Shown in pieces: positions 9,650-18,733 of a DNA stretch of 64,000 bases (its first letter is position 1; each line of letters starts with the position of its first letter). The position numbers were made by a program, and so were the translations under genes. This stretch comes from a virus: the IMG/VR virus record IMGVR_UViG_3300002933_000006, positions 5,202-69,201 of that record; one strand, 5' to 3'. Below the pieces are notes generated by a model. It was given only the letters and a program-made list of their open reading frames with translations. It searched no databases and was not told where the DNA came from.

Positions 9650-9846
9650 TATGCCCACCTTAATAAGAACAAGACTAAATCTTTTTTCTTTGTAAAATAA
9701 AATGCCAATCCATGTTGTCTCCAAGCATAGTCTTTAAATCTTTCTTCACACCACCCTCGTTGTTTGTAAGTATCTTCCCTGTTTACCTTAGCACTATATC
9801 GATATACAATTTGTTTTGTGCCATAATCAACATTTAATATGTCCAT
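9649..9846 (-). CDS. FxLxW-terminal family protein
   Basis: GWCEERF ... FTKKKDLVLFLLRWA. Confidence 0.75.
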   Translation of the reverse strand: MDILNVDYGTKQIVYRYSAKVNREDTYKQRGWCEERFKDYAWRQHGLAFYFTKKKDLVLFLLRWA

Positions 9847-9849
9847 GAA

Positions 9850-10038
9850 CTAACTCCACTTTAACGCAAATATTGTAGCATCTTCTTCACATTCAAAATA
9901 TATACCAGTTCCGCCACGTGCGTAATGGCCGTTACCTTCATAATCAACTAACCAGTGCAGTACCTGTTCATTCTTTAGTCGATTGTATGCGACGTAGGTA
10001 TAATTAACGTTTTGATCAACTATTATATTATTTTTCAT
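9850..10038 (-). CDS. FxLxW-terminal family protein
   Basis: Ends FECEEDATIFALKWS. Confidence 0.75.
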   Translation of the reverse strand: MKNNIIVDQNVNYTYVAYNRLKNEQVLHWLVDYEGNGHYARGGTGIYFECEEDATIFALKWS

Positions 10039-10220
10039 GCCCACCTTAGCAAAAACATAGTATAATCTTCTTCGCGGTCGAAGTATATAGTTTCAAATAC
10101 ACAACTCCAACGACCGCCAAAATAATCATACCCAAAATGTTTCTTACACCAGGTAGTAATTTCACTCATTTCAGCAATACCATTGTATTGCCATTTTAAA
10201 ATTTTAGTGCTTGCTAACAC
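10035..10220 (-). CDS. FxLxW-terminal family protein
   Basis: TWCKKHFG ... FDREEDYTMFLLRWA; probable GTG start in a TAGTG overlap. Confidence 0.75.
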   Translation of the reverse strand: MLASTKILKWQYNGIAEMSEITTWCKKHFGYDYFGGRWSCVFETIYFDREEDYTMFLLRWA

Positions 10221-10402
10221 TATGCCCACCTTAGCAAAAACATTGTGTAATCCCGTTTAAATCGAAAGCGACACTTAAACATATAAAATTTCCAAGTGAT
10301 GCTTGGCTCACCTACATTCTCCAGACACCAATCGATTATTTCAAGATGTTTTCGGTAATAGTCTGGTACGTCGTTGTAGTTAATTTTATATCTAAATGCC
10401 AT
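10220..10402 (-). CDS. FxLxW-terminal family protein
   Basis: DWCLENVG ... FKRDYTMFLLRWA. Confidence 0.75.
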   Translation of the reverse strand: MAFRYKINYNDVPDYYRKHLEIIDWCLENVGEPSITWKFYMFKCRFRFKRDYTMFLLRWA

Positions 10403-11073
10403 TATAACACCTTTACATAATTTAAGGTAGTAACTTTTGCTTTACTGTGATACCCATCTTCGGCATGTGACTTAACACGTCCAGAAATCTTGCCTGCTTC
10501 ACATACTCGATCTAAATCTTTAGCCCAATAAAACACTAAATTGTCGTGTTCGGTTACACCGTATACTGCCCAGCAATTGGTATTCTGGATATAACGCTTT
10601 TCAATAAGTGTAAACCCAATGGTAATTTTTTCACCAATGCGCCCAGTATAACGACTTAGCCGTTCGTATCTGGCACCAAGTTCACGCACGTGATCTCGTT
10701 GTTGATATTGATCAACTAAATGTGGTGCCCATGCAACAATACCAAGGTCACTGATTAGTATTTCTTGATTGGCTAAGACTTGATTGAGTTGCCCCAGGAA
10801 GCGATCTGGTTGCCCCTTAAGGCTTTGCATAATCACATTTTGCTCAATGTATTGAATAATGCCATTGGCTTGCTCGCGATGGAAATCATTTACAATGAAC
10901 TTACCATCAAAGGTCCTACTAAATTGTACAGATTCTGATATAAGGTGTCGATTGGAATGATGTACAACACCGTCTATTGTAACAGTATTTCTAATCACAG
11001 ATTTACTATTGTGCTCGTAAGCGGCAATCGCGGTAGCAACTACTTCTAGGGTGGGCAATGCTTTAGTCTTCAT
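10402..11073 (-). CDS. Hypothetical protein, first gene after the early promoter
   Basis: 223 aa ORF directly downstream of the promoter at 11104-11132. Confidence 0.75.
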   Translation of the reverse strand: MKTKALPTLEVVATAIAAYEHNSKSVIRNTVTIDGVVHHSNRHLISESVQFSRTFDGKFIVNDFHREQANGIIQYIEQNVIMQSLKGQPDRFLGQLNQVLANQEILISDLGIVAWAPHLVDQYQQRDHVRELGARYERLSRYTGRIGEKITIGFTLIEKRYIQNTNCWAVYGVTEHDNLVFYWAKDLDRVCEAGKISGRVKSHAEDGYHSKAKVTTLNYVKVL

Positions 11074-11103
11074 TTAGTTGTCCATTATTCCAGTTCATAC
11101 TAT

Positions 11104-11132
11104 ATTATAGCATTATGGGAATTAATGGTCAA
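11104..11132 (-). promoter_or_regulatory. sigma70-type early promoter (repeat family), drives array 1
   Basis: TTGACC-17 nt (ATTAATTCCCATAATGC)-TATAAT. Confidence 0.85.
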
Positions 11133-11378
11133 CTACTTAGATTTGAACTTAGTATGTACGTACTGATGTAGGGTACTTAAATAGGTGTTTTGATTAAGAA
11201 ATTTAGCTTCTAAGGCGTCTAACCGGCGCTTTAATTGCTGGTTTTCTTGTTGTAATTGCTCAAGGGTTACCTTAGTGTCCTTGAGTACTTTTTCGTGACT
11301 AAGTAGGTTAGGACGTGGTGGAGCATTTGGATCCACTGCCCTTTTCTTCTTAGGTTTATACATATCAAACATACTCAT
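11133..11378 (-). CDS. Hypothetical coiled-coil protein
   Basis: Heptad-rich C-terminal half. Confidence 0.65.
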   Translation of the reverse strand: MSMFDMYKPKKKRAVDPNAPPRPNLLSHEKVLKDTKVTLEQLQQENQQLKRRLDALEAKFLNQNTYLSTLHQYVHTKFKSK

Positions 11379-11379
11379 A

Positions 11380-12549
11380 TTAGATATTTATCCGTAGTTG
11401 TTTTTCATCTATAGCTCTTTGTAATTCTTTGTTTAAATGTGTATGATAATTATTGTTCATTAATCGTTGTTGATTATGTTCGACAATAGGTAAACACTTA
11501 ATATAAATCTGTTTTATCACTTCAATTGGTTGGTTAATAAAATCCATAAATGATTTCGTTACCGCTAGTAACCTATCGTGGTTATTTTCTATAATATCAT
11601 ACGATTCGTCTATATATGGACTAAATGTTTTATAACCTTGATCTCTAAGATACTGCAAAGTATAAGGTGGAGCCATCATTATAAACATTTGCCAATGTGC
11701 AATTGAATTAAATACCTTCTCTGAAATGAAAGTAATCCCAGGTTCGGTTGTATAAAAAGTATCTGTTACCATATTAACATAACTATCTAATAATGAGTCT
11801 CTTGGTATGAATACCCACTCTACACTATCATCTAATTCGGGTAAGGGTAATAAATGATCTATGGAATTAGCTGTACTTGTAATAAATTCTATTTCACTGG
11901 ATGTAAACTTGTAACCTAAGTTTCCTGAATTTTTTTGTTTATAACTAACATATCCTTGATCTAATAGATTATTGTTTATAATATGACTAAGTAAAAATTT
12001 CCTATTAGGATAATCTTTTGTACCCATTGAGGTAAATTTTTTAGATCTAGTGACACGATTTAGATTATTGGGTAATAGTTCAGTAAACTGCGGTTGATTC
12101 CAATGTCTAAAAGAATCAAATTCAAAATACATAATAGGAGAAATAGTAAATTTAGCTCGATCATTTATTGAATCATGTTGTGTTGGTAATGCACCAGTAA
12201 AATATATAAGAGGATTATTAATTGTTAAACTGAATTCATTAAGTTTATCGATTACAAGATTGTGTAAATTAATATGAGACCCTATTGCCCATAGTACAAT
12301 AATTTGATCAGGGGATTTTATTGCACTTTTTATGCGATATATAGTTTCGTCAATTTGATCCAGTTGGGTATTATAAAGATTTACAGTAATACCGAGTATG
12401 TCAAACTTATCATCGATGCCAAGTTTTGGTTTTACTGCCTGCGAATGGGCATAAAGTAATTGTATATTTTCATCAGTTATTTCTATTATTTTTTTATTTA
12501 AATAGAAATAAAATATACTGTCGGGTATATTAATATTTGGTGGCAACAT
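11380..12549 (-). CDS. Hypothetical protein, possible glycosyltransferase-like
   Basis: FISEKVF..I....FI......L..LR..GYKTF...IDESYD motif; very AT-rich. Confidence 0.55.
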   Translation of the reverse strand: MLPPNINIPDSIFYFYLNKKIIEITDENIQLLYAHSQAVKPKLGIDDKFDILGITVNLYNTQLDQIDETIYRIKSAIKSPDQIIVLWAIGSHINLHNLVIDKLNEFSLTINNPLIYFTGALPTQHDSINDRAKFTISPIMYFEFDSFRHWNQPQFTELLPNNLNRVTRSKKFTSMGTKDYPNRKFLLSHIINNNLLDQGYVSYKQKNSGNLGYKFTSSEIEFITSTANSIDHLLPLPELDDSVEWVFIPRDSLLDSYVNMVTDTFYTTEPGITFISEKVFNSIAHWQMFIMMAPPYTLQYLRDQGYKTFSPYIDESYDIIENNHDRLLAVTKSFMDFINQPIEVIKQIYIKCLPIVEHNQQRLMNNNYHTHLNKELQRAIDEKQLRINI

Positions 12550-13749
12550 TTACAATTTCCAATATGGCGCAAATTCTGGAACTACATCTAATACATATTC
12601 ATTGCGTACTTGATCCAGTTTTTGTGTAGTTGCTATTACTGCTTCCCACGACATTGACGGTGATTGATACATGTAAGTAATTACTGCATCAATTTTGTCT
12701 TTAAGTATTTCGTATTTACTACTAGACAATAAACGATCTCGGGCTAGATCTTTTAACTCAGCAGGTAAGTTAGTAATATTTTGATCAAATGGGCCATGTG
12801 ATACAGTTAAATCAGTTCCTTCAAAAACTGTACTATTATCAAATGCAAAATCAAATACTTCCGCTAAATGCAGGATGTTATATACGGTGATCACTATGTT
12901 AAATTTTAATTTGGTATTAGGATATGCTAGTACTGTTTTAATATTTTTTTGTGTGTTTGCCCAATCGGCACCAGATCTAATATACTCCAGCAATGGCCCA
13001 ACAGCGTCAAGACTTACAATAAACAATATATTAGTAAATCGTTGTAAATATTCTTCTAAGCGATGTTTACCAAAACTTAACTTACTTAAATTTGTTGTGT
13101 AAGTAATACGAATATCGTGTAAGCCAAGTTGATCTAAATGATCTAACATTGCCCAATGCTCTGCTTGAAATAATGCTTCTCCGCCGGCAAAGTACACTTC
13201 CTTTAATTCACTCAGGTCTCCGTACTTGGAAATAATGCTTGCCCAATCGGTTGTATCATGTGCTTGTATTACAAAGTCTTTACGGCCGGTACCACGATAT
13301 GATTCTTCTGCCCAGGTATGACTATAAGCAGGACCACACATGCGACATTTATAGTTACAGATGTTGCTAAATCTACTGTCCCAATATTGCATTTTAAAAT
13401 CATGCAACGTGCCATCACTATCAGTGTTGCTTAATAATGAATCAACATCTATATTAAAATTCTTAATATCTAAATTCTTATTTGTACGGAAACTATTGAG
13501 ACCAACACTTTCTTCTCGATAGCATTGACTACACGCAGAGTTCTTATTACCGGCTAGCATATCTGTTCTAACTTCGCGCATTGATTTAGAATTCATTACA
13601 GATTCTGCTGAGTCAAAATCTCTTAAATTACCAAATTGCTTATTAATAGTATTAGCAGAACAACAGGGCTGAATATTACCACTGGGCTCATGAAAGAAAT
13701 GAATCCATGGTAATATACAAAAGGTATTACTCGGTAGGGGTTTCTTCAT
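12550..13749 (-). CDS. Radical SAM protein with N-terminal SPASM/twitch-type Cys cluster
   Basis: CNYKCRMC (CxxxCxxC), YFAGGE, CILPW..PCC..C..C. Confidence 0.9.
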   Translation of the reverse strand: MKKPLPSNTFCILPWIHFFHEPSGNIQPCCSANTINKQFGNLRDFDSAESVMNSKSMREVRTDMLAGNKNSACSQCYREESVGLNSFRTNKNLDIKNFNIDVDSLLSNTDSDGTLHDFKMQYWDSRFSNICNYKCRMCGPAYSHTWAEESYRGTGRKDFVIQAHDTTDWASIISKYGDLSELKEVYFAGGEALFQAEHWAMLDHLDQLGLHDIRITYTTNLSKLSFGKHRLEEYLQRFTNILFIVSLDAVGPLLEYIRSGADWANTQKNIKTVLAYPNTKLKFNIVITVYNILHLAEVFDFAFDNSTVFEGTDLTVSHGPFDQNITNLPAELKDLARDRLLSSSKYEILKDKIDAVITYMYQSPSMSWEAVIATTQKLDQVRNEYVLDVVPEFAPYWKL

Positions 13750-14107
13750 CTTCTACTTTAGCTTCTACAGGTTCTTCGTCTTTAGGAATAAACTGCTCTA
13801 AATATTCCATATCCAACTGTGCCATTGTTTGAATAACGTACTGTGGATAACCTTCTAGGAAATATTTAAACATTTCATCAAATGTCTTAGTAGTACCAAA
13901 TTTGTTGTATACAATAGTTTTAGTTTGCAAGTTTAAGATAACGCCAGCATACTGACGATCCTTGTTGGTTAGGCCTTTAGTAAACTCAATGCGTTCGTCA
14001 TATTGGTAGTTATCTGGATTCTTGTTCCATCCAGCAATTTGTGTTTGTACTCCGGCACGTGGCTTTTGTACGTAGAATGCAAGTAAGTGAATGTCTTTGA
14101 TTTTCAT
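13727..14107 (-). CDS. Hypothetical protein
   Basis: ORF directly downstream of the clamp loader gene. Confidence 0.7.
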   Translation of the reverse strand: MKIKDIHLLAFYVQKPRAGVQTQIAGWNKNPDNYQYDERIEFTKGLTNKDRQYAGVILNLQTKTIVYNKFGTTKTFDEMFKYFLEGYPQYVIQTMAQLDMEYLEQFIPKDEEPVEAKVEDEETPTE

Positions 14108-14109
14108 TA

Positions 14110-15030
14110 TTATCCTATTTGTGTAAGTTCAACCAATGTGGCTGAAAGATTTATCTCTTGATCTGCTACTAGTGGTACGTTTACAAGTCCTTTGCGAATT
14201 GCTAAGATAGCAGCATCTTGTCCTTCTTGGGTTTTTGACCATAAGTCTAAGTTGTCGTACATCCAACGGAACATATCGTCCATATCTTCTACTGTGGCTT
14301 GACTACAAATAACTTTACGTGCTTCTGTAATTTTACCTGCTTTAAATAGAGCTACTGCATCTAGTTTCCAATCCTTAACACCGCGGTCGTTTTCCCCCGG
14401 AGTGTTTAGTGTACCCGAACTCGAATTTGGTTGCAACAAGTTTAAACATTTACGTAAGTCGGGGTAAGTAGCTTTTACATAAGAATCTAAGGTGTCTAAG
14501 TCAAATTCTACATTTTCTGTTACCAGAATAGTTGCTGCACGTGCAGTAAATTCAGTTACATCACTTTTATCAATGTGGAAACCTTGGCAACGACTATGTA
14601 GTGCTGGGATAATCTTATGTGGCAAGTTACATGTTAGAATGAAACGTGCCGACTCTTGATATGTTTCCATTAATCCACGCATGATAGCTTGTGCATTGTG
14701 TGTTAAGTAATCTGCTTCGTCTAACAACACAACTTTAAACTTACCAAATGGCATTGTACTAACAAAACCCTCAACACGAGTTTTAATAAACTCTACACCA
14801 TTATCACGTGACGCATTGATATGTAGTGTATCATAATCTTCTATACCTAGTTCATTAATAAGAACTTTAGCAAGTGTAGTTTTACCTGTACCCGGCGATC
14901 CGCTTAATAAGATATGCGGAATAACTCCGTCCTTGATCCATGTATCAACTTGATCTCTTTGATTTTGATCAGTGAATACATATTCACCTACTACTTTAGG
15001 TCTATATTTCTCTGTCCAGAGTTGTTTCAT
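14110..15030 (-). CDS. Clamp loader AAA+ subunit (RFC small subunit / T4 gp44-like)
   Basis: LWTEKYRP, GSPGTGKTT, INAS, LLDEAD, RFILTCN, SRC. Confidence 0.95.
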   Translation of the reverse strand: MKQLWTEKYRPKVVGEYVFTDQNQRDQVDTWIKDGVIPHILLSGSPGTGKTTLAKVLINELGIEDYDTLHINASRDNGVEFIKTRVEGFVSTMPFGKFKVVLLDEADYLTHNAQAIMRGLMETYQESARFILTCNLPHKIIPALHSRCQGFHIDKSDVTEFTARAATILVTENVEFDLDTLDSYVKATYPDLRKCLNLLQPNSSSGTLNTPGENDRGVKDWKLDAVALFKAGKITEARKVICSQATVEDMDDMFRWMYDNLDLWSKTQEGQDAAILAIRKGLVNVPLVADQEINLSATLVELTQIG

Positions 15031-15218
15031 TCTTTTACCTGTTTAATAATTTCTTGTGTTATTGTATTAGCTTTGTCGTCATCAATCGAGTATACATGCA
15101 ACCGATCTGCAATTTGTCTAATCTCGTTACTCATTGATTCTGTGCCCATTTCTTGTTCAATTAATTGTGCAAGGTCGTTTAATTGTATTACTGCGTCGAC
15201 AAGTTTAAGGTTTCTCAT
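15027..15218 (-). CDS. Hypothetical protein
   Basis: Overlapping gene chain. Confidence 0.6.
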   Translation of the reverse strand: MRNLKLVDAVIQLNDLAQLIEQEMGTESMSNEIRQIADRLHVYSIDDDKANTITQEIIKQVKE

Positions 15219-15415
15219 TTTGTGCCTCGGAAGAATTTAATAATATTGTTAAAACGTGTTTTAACTTCTTTAAGTGAAATCATTGATGGATGATGCGGGC
15301 ACCGACCTTGCATAAACTCACATGTAGGAGTATAAGTGTGTTTGCATAAACTACAACGTGGTGGTTTACTACTTACTCGTTTTTGAGTATCTGTACTATT
15401 CTTTCCTGTTCCCAT
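15215..15415 (-). CDS. Small Cys/His-containing hypothetical protein
   Basis: CSLC ... C ... GRCPHH. Confidence 0.55.
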   Translation of the reverse strand: MGTGKNSTDTQKRVSSKPPRCSLCKHTYTPTCEFMQGRCPHHPSMISLKEVKTRFNNIIKFFRGTK

Positions 15416-15597
15416 TTTTCTTCCCCAGTAAATGTTGGCAACTTCTTATATTCGTCTTCTAGCCAACATTTTAACATATAAAGCTCTTGTTTGCAATAGG
15501 AACTGGTAAAACCATCATTGTATGGGCTGGATATTTCGCCCAAAATACCACCCAGGGCTATTCGAGCCTGATTGAAATTTGGTTTGCGAAATCCCAT
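15373..15597 (-). CDS. Hypothetical protein
   Basis: Overlapping gene chain. Confidence 0.6.
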   Translation of the reverse strand: MGFRKPNFNQARIALGGILGEISSPYNDGFTSSYCKQELYMLKCWLEDEYKKLPTFTGEEKWEQERIVQILKNE

Positions 15598-15598
15598 G

Positions 15599-15970
15599 TT
15601 ACCAGCGTGTAGCGTGGTCTTTTAGGATAGCACTACTCAATGTATCGTCCGACGGCTCTTCGTCCGAAATGAGCAATACATCGGCTGGGTCAATACGCCG
15701 AATCGTGACTTCACCGGTTGAATCTTCGATCTTAACTCCACGTGTCCAACGACCGTGAGTTACTAATACCCATTTACCAACAGCAATATCTTGCTGTTCT
15801 GGACCCACGGCATATACTTGAGCCCAGCGTGGGCGCACACCTGCTGTACGCATGTCATCATCTAGCAAGTGAATACCGGCACTAGTAGTTCTAGCACCAA
15901 AATTCATATCAGCTACTAGAACGTGATCATTTAATGCTCTGATTGAATTAACTTGATGTGGTGTGTACAT
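15599..15970 (-). CDS. GroES-like co-chaperonin (functional analogue of T4 gp31)
   Basis: IRALNDHVLV, RTTSAGIHL, VYAVGP, IAVG pattern. Confidence 0.8.
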   Translation of the reverse strand: MYTPHQVNSIRALNDHVLVADMNFGARTTSAGIHLLDDDMRTAGVRPRWAQVYAVGPEQQDIAVGKWVLVTHGRWTRGVKIEDSTGEVTIRRIDPADVLLISDEEPSDDTLSSAILKDHATRW

Positions 15971-15971
15971 A

Positions 15972-16421
15972 TTAGATTCTTGATGGACCGTTTGATTTTG
16001 CTTTTTCTTGTGGTGTTTTTAATGATTCTTGTGTTACTGTAGTTTGTTTAGCAACAGAGTCTGCTAAACTACCACGGGCAGATGGAGTAACAGGTGCATC
16101 TATATTAGCAGTTGGCGTAACTGGCACAATTGAATTATTAATTAAGTCATTCAATTGGCGAGCATTACTTGCTTCTAATAATCCTTGTTGTTGACTATAC
16201 GTTTCTGGATCATTTGGGCTATATCCGCCGTTACTAGATGGTATAGAGTACATCTGGTCCATAAGTTGATTGCGACCAGCAACTACTTGTCCTCCGGCAC
16301 CCAATAAATCTCCACGAGCATTTACTTTCATATTACCAACTGCCACAGCAGATTCGTTAGCCAATTTAACTTTATCAATATCAATTATTTTGCCTTTTGC
16401 TGTTTTATATATATTTGCCAT
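15972..16421 (-). CDS. Hypothetical late protein
   Basis: AVGNMKVNARGD.LG motif; TATAAATA and AGGAG upstream. Confidence 0.75.
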   Translation of the reverse strand: MANIYKTAKGKIIDIDKVKLANESAVAVGNMKVNARGDLLGAGGQVVAGRNQLMDQMYSIPSSNGGYSPNDPETYSQQQGLLEASNARQLNDLINNSIVPVTPTANIDAPVTPSARGSLADSVAKQTTVTQESLKTPQEKAKSNGPSRI

Positions 16422-16439
16422 TTAATTCTCCTTGTATGC

Positions 16440-16447
16440 TATTTATA
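16440..16447 (-). promoter_or_regulatory. T4-type late promoter TATAAATA
   Basis: Exact TATAAATA followed by AGGAG RBS and ATG at 16421. Confidence 0.7.
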
Positions 16448-16458
16448 AACTGGGTAGT

Positions 16459-16980
16459 TTACTTTAAAAATTCTTCAATCGGAAGATCGTAATATAGCGA
16501 GTTAACTTTATGTATTCCTAATAGGTATAATACATAACTTGCTACACTTGAACCACGACCCAATCCCCATACTACATTATTCTTACGCATCGTATCTACG
16601 AAATATTTGAGATAGCGTAACAGGTTAAACAAGTCACGTTCCTGAAATAATAGTAATTCTTCACCGACTCGTTGTAATTCTGGTTCTGTAGTGCATAGAT
16701 CTAGTATATGCTGTGCTATGTCTAAAGTCTTATATTCATCGGGCATGTACCAATCCAATTGATTTAAGTAATCAAATTGTTCAACTGTAATGTCACTACC
16801 GATATTGCCTAAGTATGGTTTTAAATGTTTAAACCCTGCATAAGTTTTATCTACGGCTGTATTAAACGTATTAGGATCTTCTACGTAAAATAAGTCTAGC
16901 ATTAAATTGGGGTTTTGATAAAGCATATCACAAAGTTCATTCTCTGTTGTATAGCCTTGCCCAAACTTGTCAAAGTTCAT
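16459..16980 (-). CDS. DNA polymerase III alpha (DnaE)-like N-terminal fragment (split gene)
   Basis: RV.EEL..F ... WGLGRGSSVASYVLYLLGIHKVNSL.YDL.IEEFL; stops before the PDIDxD motif. Confidence 0.85.
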   Translation of the reverse strand: MNFDKFGQGYTTENELCDMLYQNPNLMLDLFYVEDPNTFNTAVDKTYAGFKHLKPYLGNIGSDITVEQFDYLNQLDWYMPDEYKTLDIAQHILDLCTTEPELQRVGEELLLFQERDLFNLLRYLKYFVDTMRKNNVVWGLGRGSSVASYVLYLLGIHKVNSLYYDLPIEEFLK

Positions 16981-17216
16981 TGTATATCGATAATATTTTT
17001 AAATTGTTTAGAGTGCTTTTCCATTTCTTCCAATTGCTTGCGATTACGATTATTCATTTCTTCTTGATAATCTTGCATAAGCAACTGCAATTGACCAACC
17101 ATATCACTTTGTCCAATTCTATAAGCATACATAAGACGCTTTTGTAAATCGGCCATTTTATTTGTAACTTCGTCAATTGACAATTTAGATAAGTCTGGTG
17201 TTAAAGGGTGACCCAT
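16977..17216 (-). CDS. Hypothetical helical protein
   Basis: Overlapping gene chain. Confidence 0.65.
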   Translation of the reverse strand: MGHPLTPDLSKLSIDEVTNKMADLQKRLMYAYRIGQSDMVGQLQLLMQDYQEEMNNRNRKQLEEMEKHSKQFKNIIDIQ

Positions 17217-17404
17217 GACGGAATGTCTCCTAATTTTGGTTCTACATATTCTTGTTTTAATTCTTCGCCGTTAAGCAAAGCTGTCAGGTCTATCATTGAT
17301 TGATTTCCAACAATGGATACCCATTCCCCGGCCTCGGTTTTGTGGTAGGTTAATTGTGCCATTTTGTTATTAGGCAGTACAACAGATATTTTTCTTTGTT
17401 CCAA
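17201..17404 (-). CDS. Hypothetical protein
   Basis: TTG start with AGGAG RBS. Confidence 0.55.
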   Translation of the reverse strand: MEQRKISVVLPNNKMAQLTYHKTEAGEWVSIVGNQSMIDLTALLNGEELKQEYVEPKLGDIPSWVTL

Positions 17405-17465
17405 AATAAAACTCCTTGTTATAATTATATAGCAATTATTTCAAGGAGTCAATTGATTTTTAGTA

Positions 17466-18716
17466 TTAGAATGTTGTTAGAGCGACTTTCTTCCAGTTTC
17501 CCGGTGCAATACAGATATACAGATTACTACCATCAAAACTTAGTTGCCCTGCTACACCTCCTGCTGTAGTAGACGAAGTAGGTACAAATGTATTTCCGGT
17601 AATTACATTTCCATAAAACTTAACACTTTGATCATTTTCAATACCAACAGCTTGGCGTTGGCGCAAGAATCCTAAGCTACCTGTTCCGCTTGGTGCAGTA
17701 AACAATCCAATATTACCGCCCAAGCCAGTTGCCATATTAGATCCGGTGGCAAAGAAATTAATACCACTTAAACTTTGTATGGTATTACCTGAACCCGTGC
17801 CGGTCATTGACAATGTATTAACGTACCCAATAAAGTCTCCACTTCTAACTGGAGCAATATTGCCAGCATCGAGATTACCACGGAAACCTGATATAGTATA
17901 ACCGGCAGTAGGACTAAGATCGCCTTGAGTGTAAAATACATTACCTGTATAGTTTGCATTAGTACTAACGCTATTGTAACTACCACGAGCACTAACTCTA
18001 TCTTCGCCTTGCTCTAATGCAAGTGCTATAGGTAATGCTGTTGCTCCATATCCAAGTAATAAAGTAGAATTAACCATTGAGTTAAAATATAACAGTGGAT
18101 CGCGCAATGTAGCACGATTACGAGTTACGTCAAAAATTAAATAATCGGCACCGCCATCAACTGAGCTAATGTCGAATATATAAGATCCGGGAGTATCGAA
18201 TGTGATAGTGTTTGTTCCATCATTATTTAATACTTGACCTGCAATATCACTAATACCAATATTAACACTAGCAGGGGTTGTTACAGTATGAGTGGTACTT
18301 GTAACAACGATCCACACTCTCATTAATCCATACCCCAATGCACCTGCACCTACAGAACTTGGCCAATTAGTAAATGATAATGTTATTGGAGCTGCTGTAG
18401 TAAGCTTCTGAAAATTAGCTTGGTTGAAGTCTAAAATGATTGTCCCGCTTGTTGCACCTAAATCTAATAGACTTTGTGTCCATGCTGTTAATTGTGGGCG
18501 ACGTATCTGTGTTCCAGCCATGTCGTTACTAATAGTTTGACCATTAAGCGCACTAGTTACTAAAACCTTAGATTGTAAATCTGAAATTTCACTTTCAGCA
18601 AATATTAGATTGTTTCTAATATTTGTAAAATTATCACGAAATCCTTGACTAGAATTATCCTGGTTTGCAATTGGGAATGTACCGTCGACGTTGTATGGAT
18701 TAATGTTTGATGCCAT
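17466..18716 (-). CDS. Virion structural (tail/baseplate-associated) protein
   Basis: N-terminus FPIANQDNSSQGFRDNF shared with its neighbour; Gly/Thr/Asn-rich; C-terminal G.AGQ..FD...LYIC...NWKKVAL. Confidence 0.75.
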   Translation of the reverse strand: MASNINPYNVDGTFPIANQDNSSQGFRDNFTNIRNNLIFAESEISDLQSKVLVTSALNGQTISNDMAGTQIRRPQLTAWTQSLLDLGATSGTIILDFNQANFQKLTTAAPITLSFTNWPSSVGAGALGYGLMRVWIVVTSTTHTVTTPASVNIGISDIAGQVLNNDGTNTITFDTPGSYIFDISSVDGGADYLIFDVTRNRATLRDPLLYFNSMVNSTLLLGYGATALPIALALEQGEDRVSARGSYNSVSTNANYTGNVFYTQGDLSPTAGYTISGFRGNLDAGNIAPVRSGDFIGYVNTLSMTGTGSGNTIQSLSGINFFATGSNMATGLGGNIGLFTAPSGTGSLGFLRQRQAVGIENDQSVKFYGNVITGNTFVPTSSTTAGGVAGQLSFDGSNLYICIAPGNWKKVALTTF

Positions 18717-18733
18717 TTATTCTGTCCTGTTTC

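Noticed and set aside
8219-10402. Recurring ...ATGCCCACCT... at about 200-bp spacing as a CRISPR array
   Set aside because: The repeats are short and degenerate, the intervals are about 180-300 bp open reading frames, and no cas genes are present.
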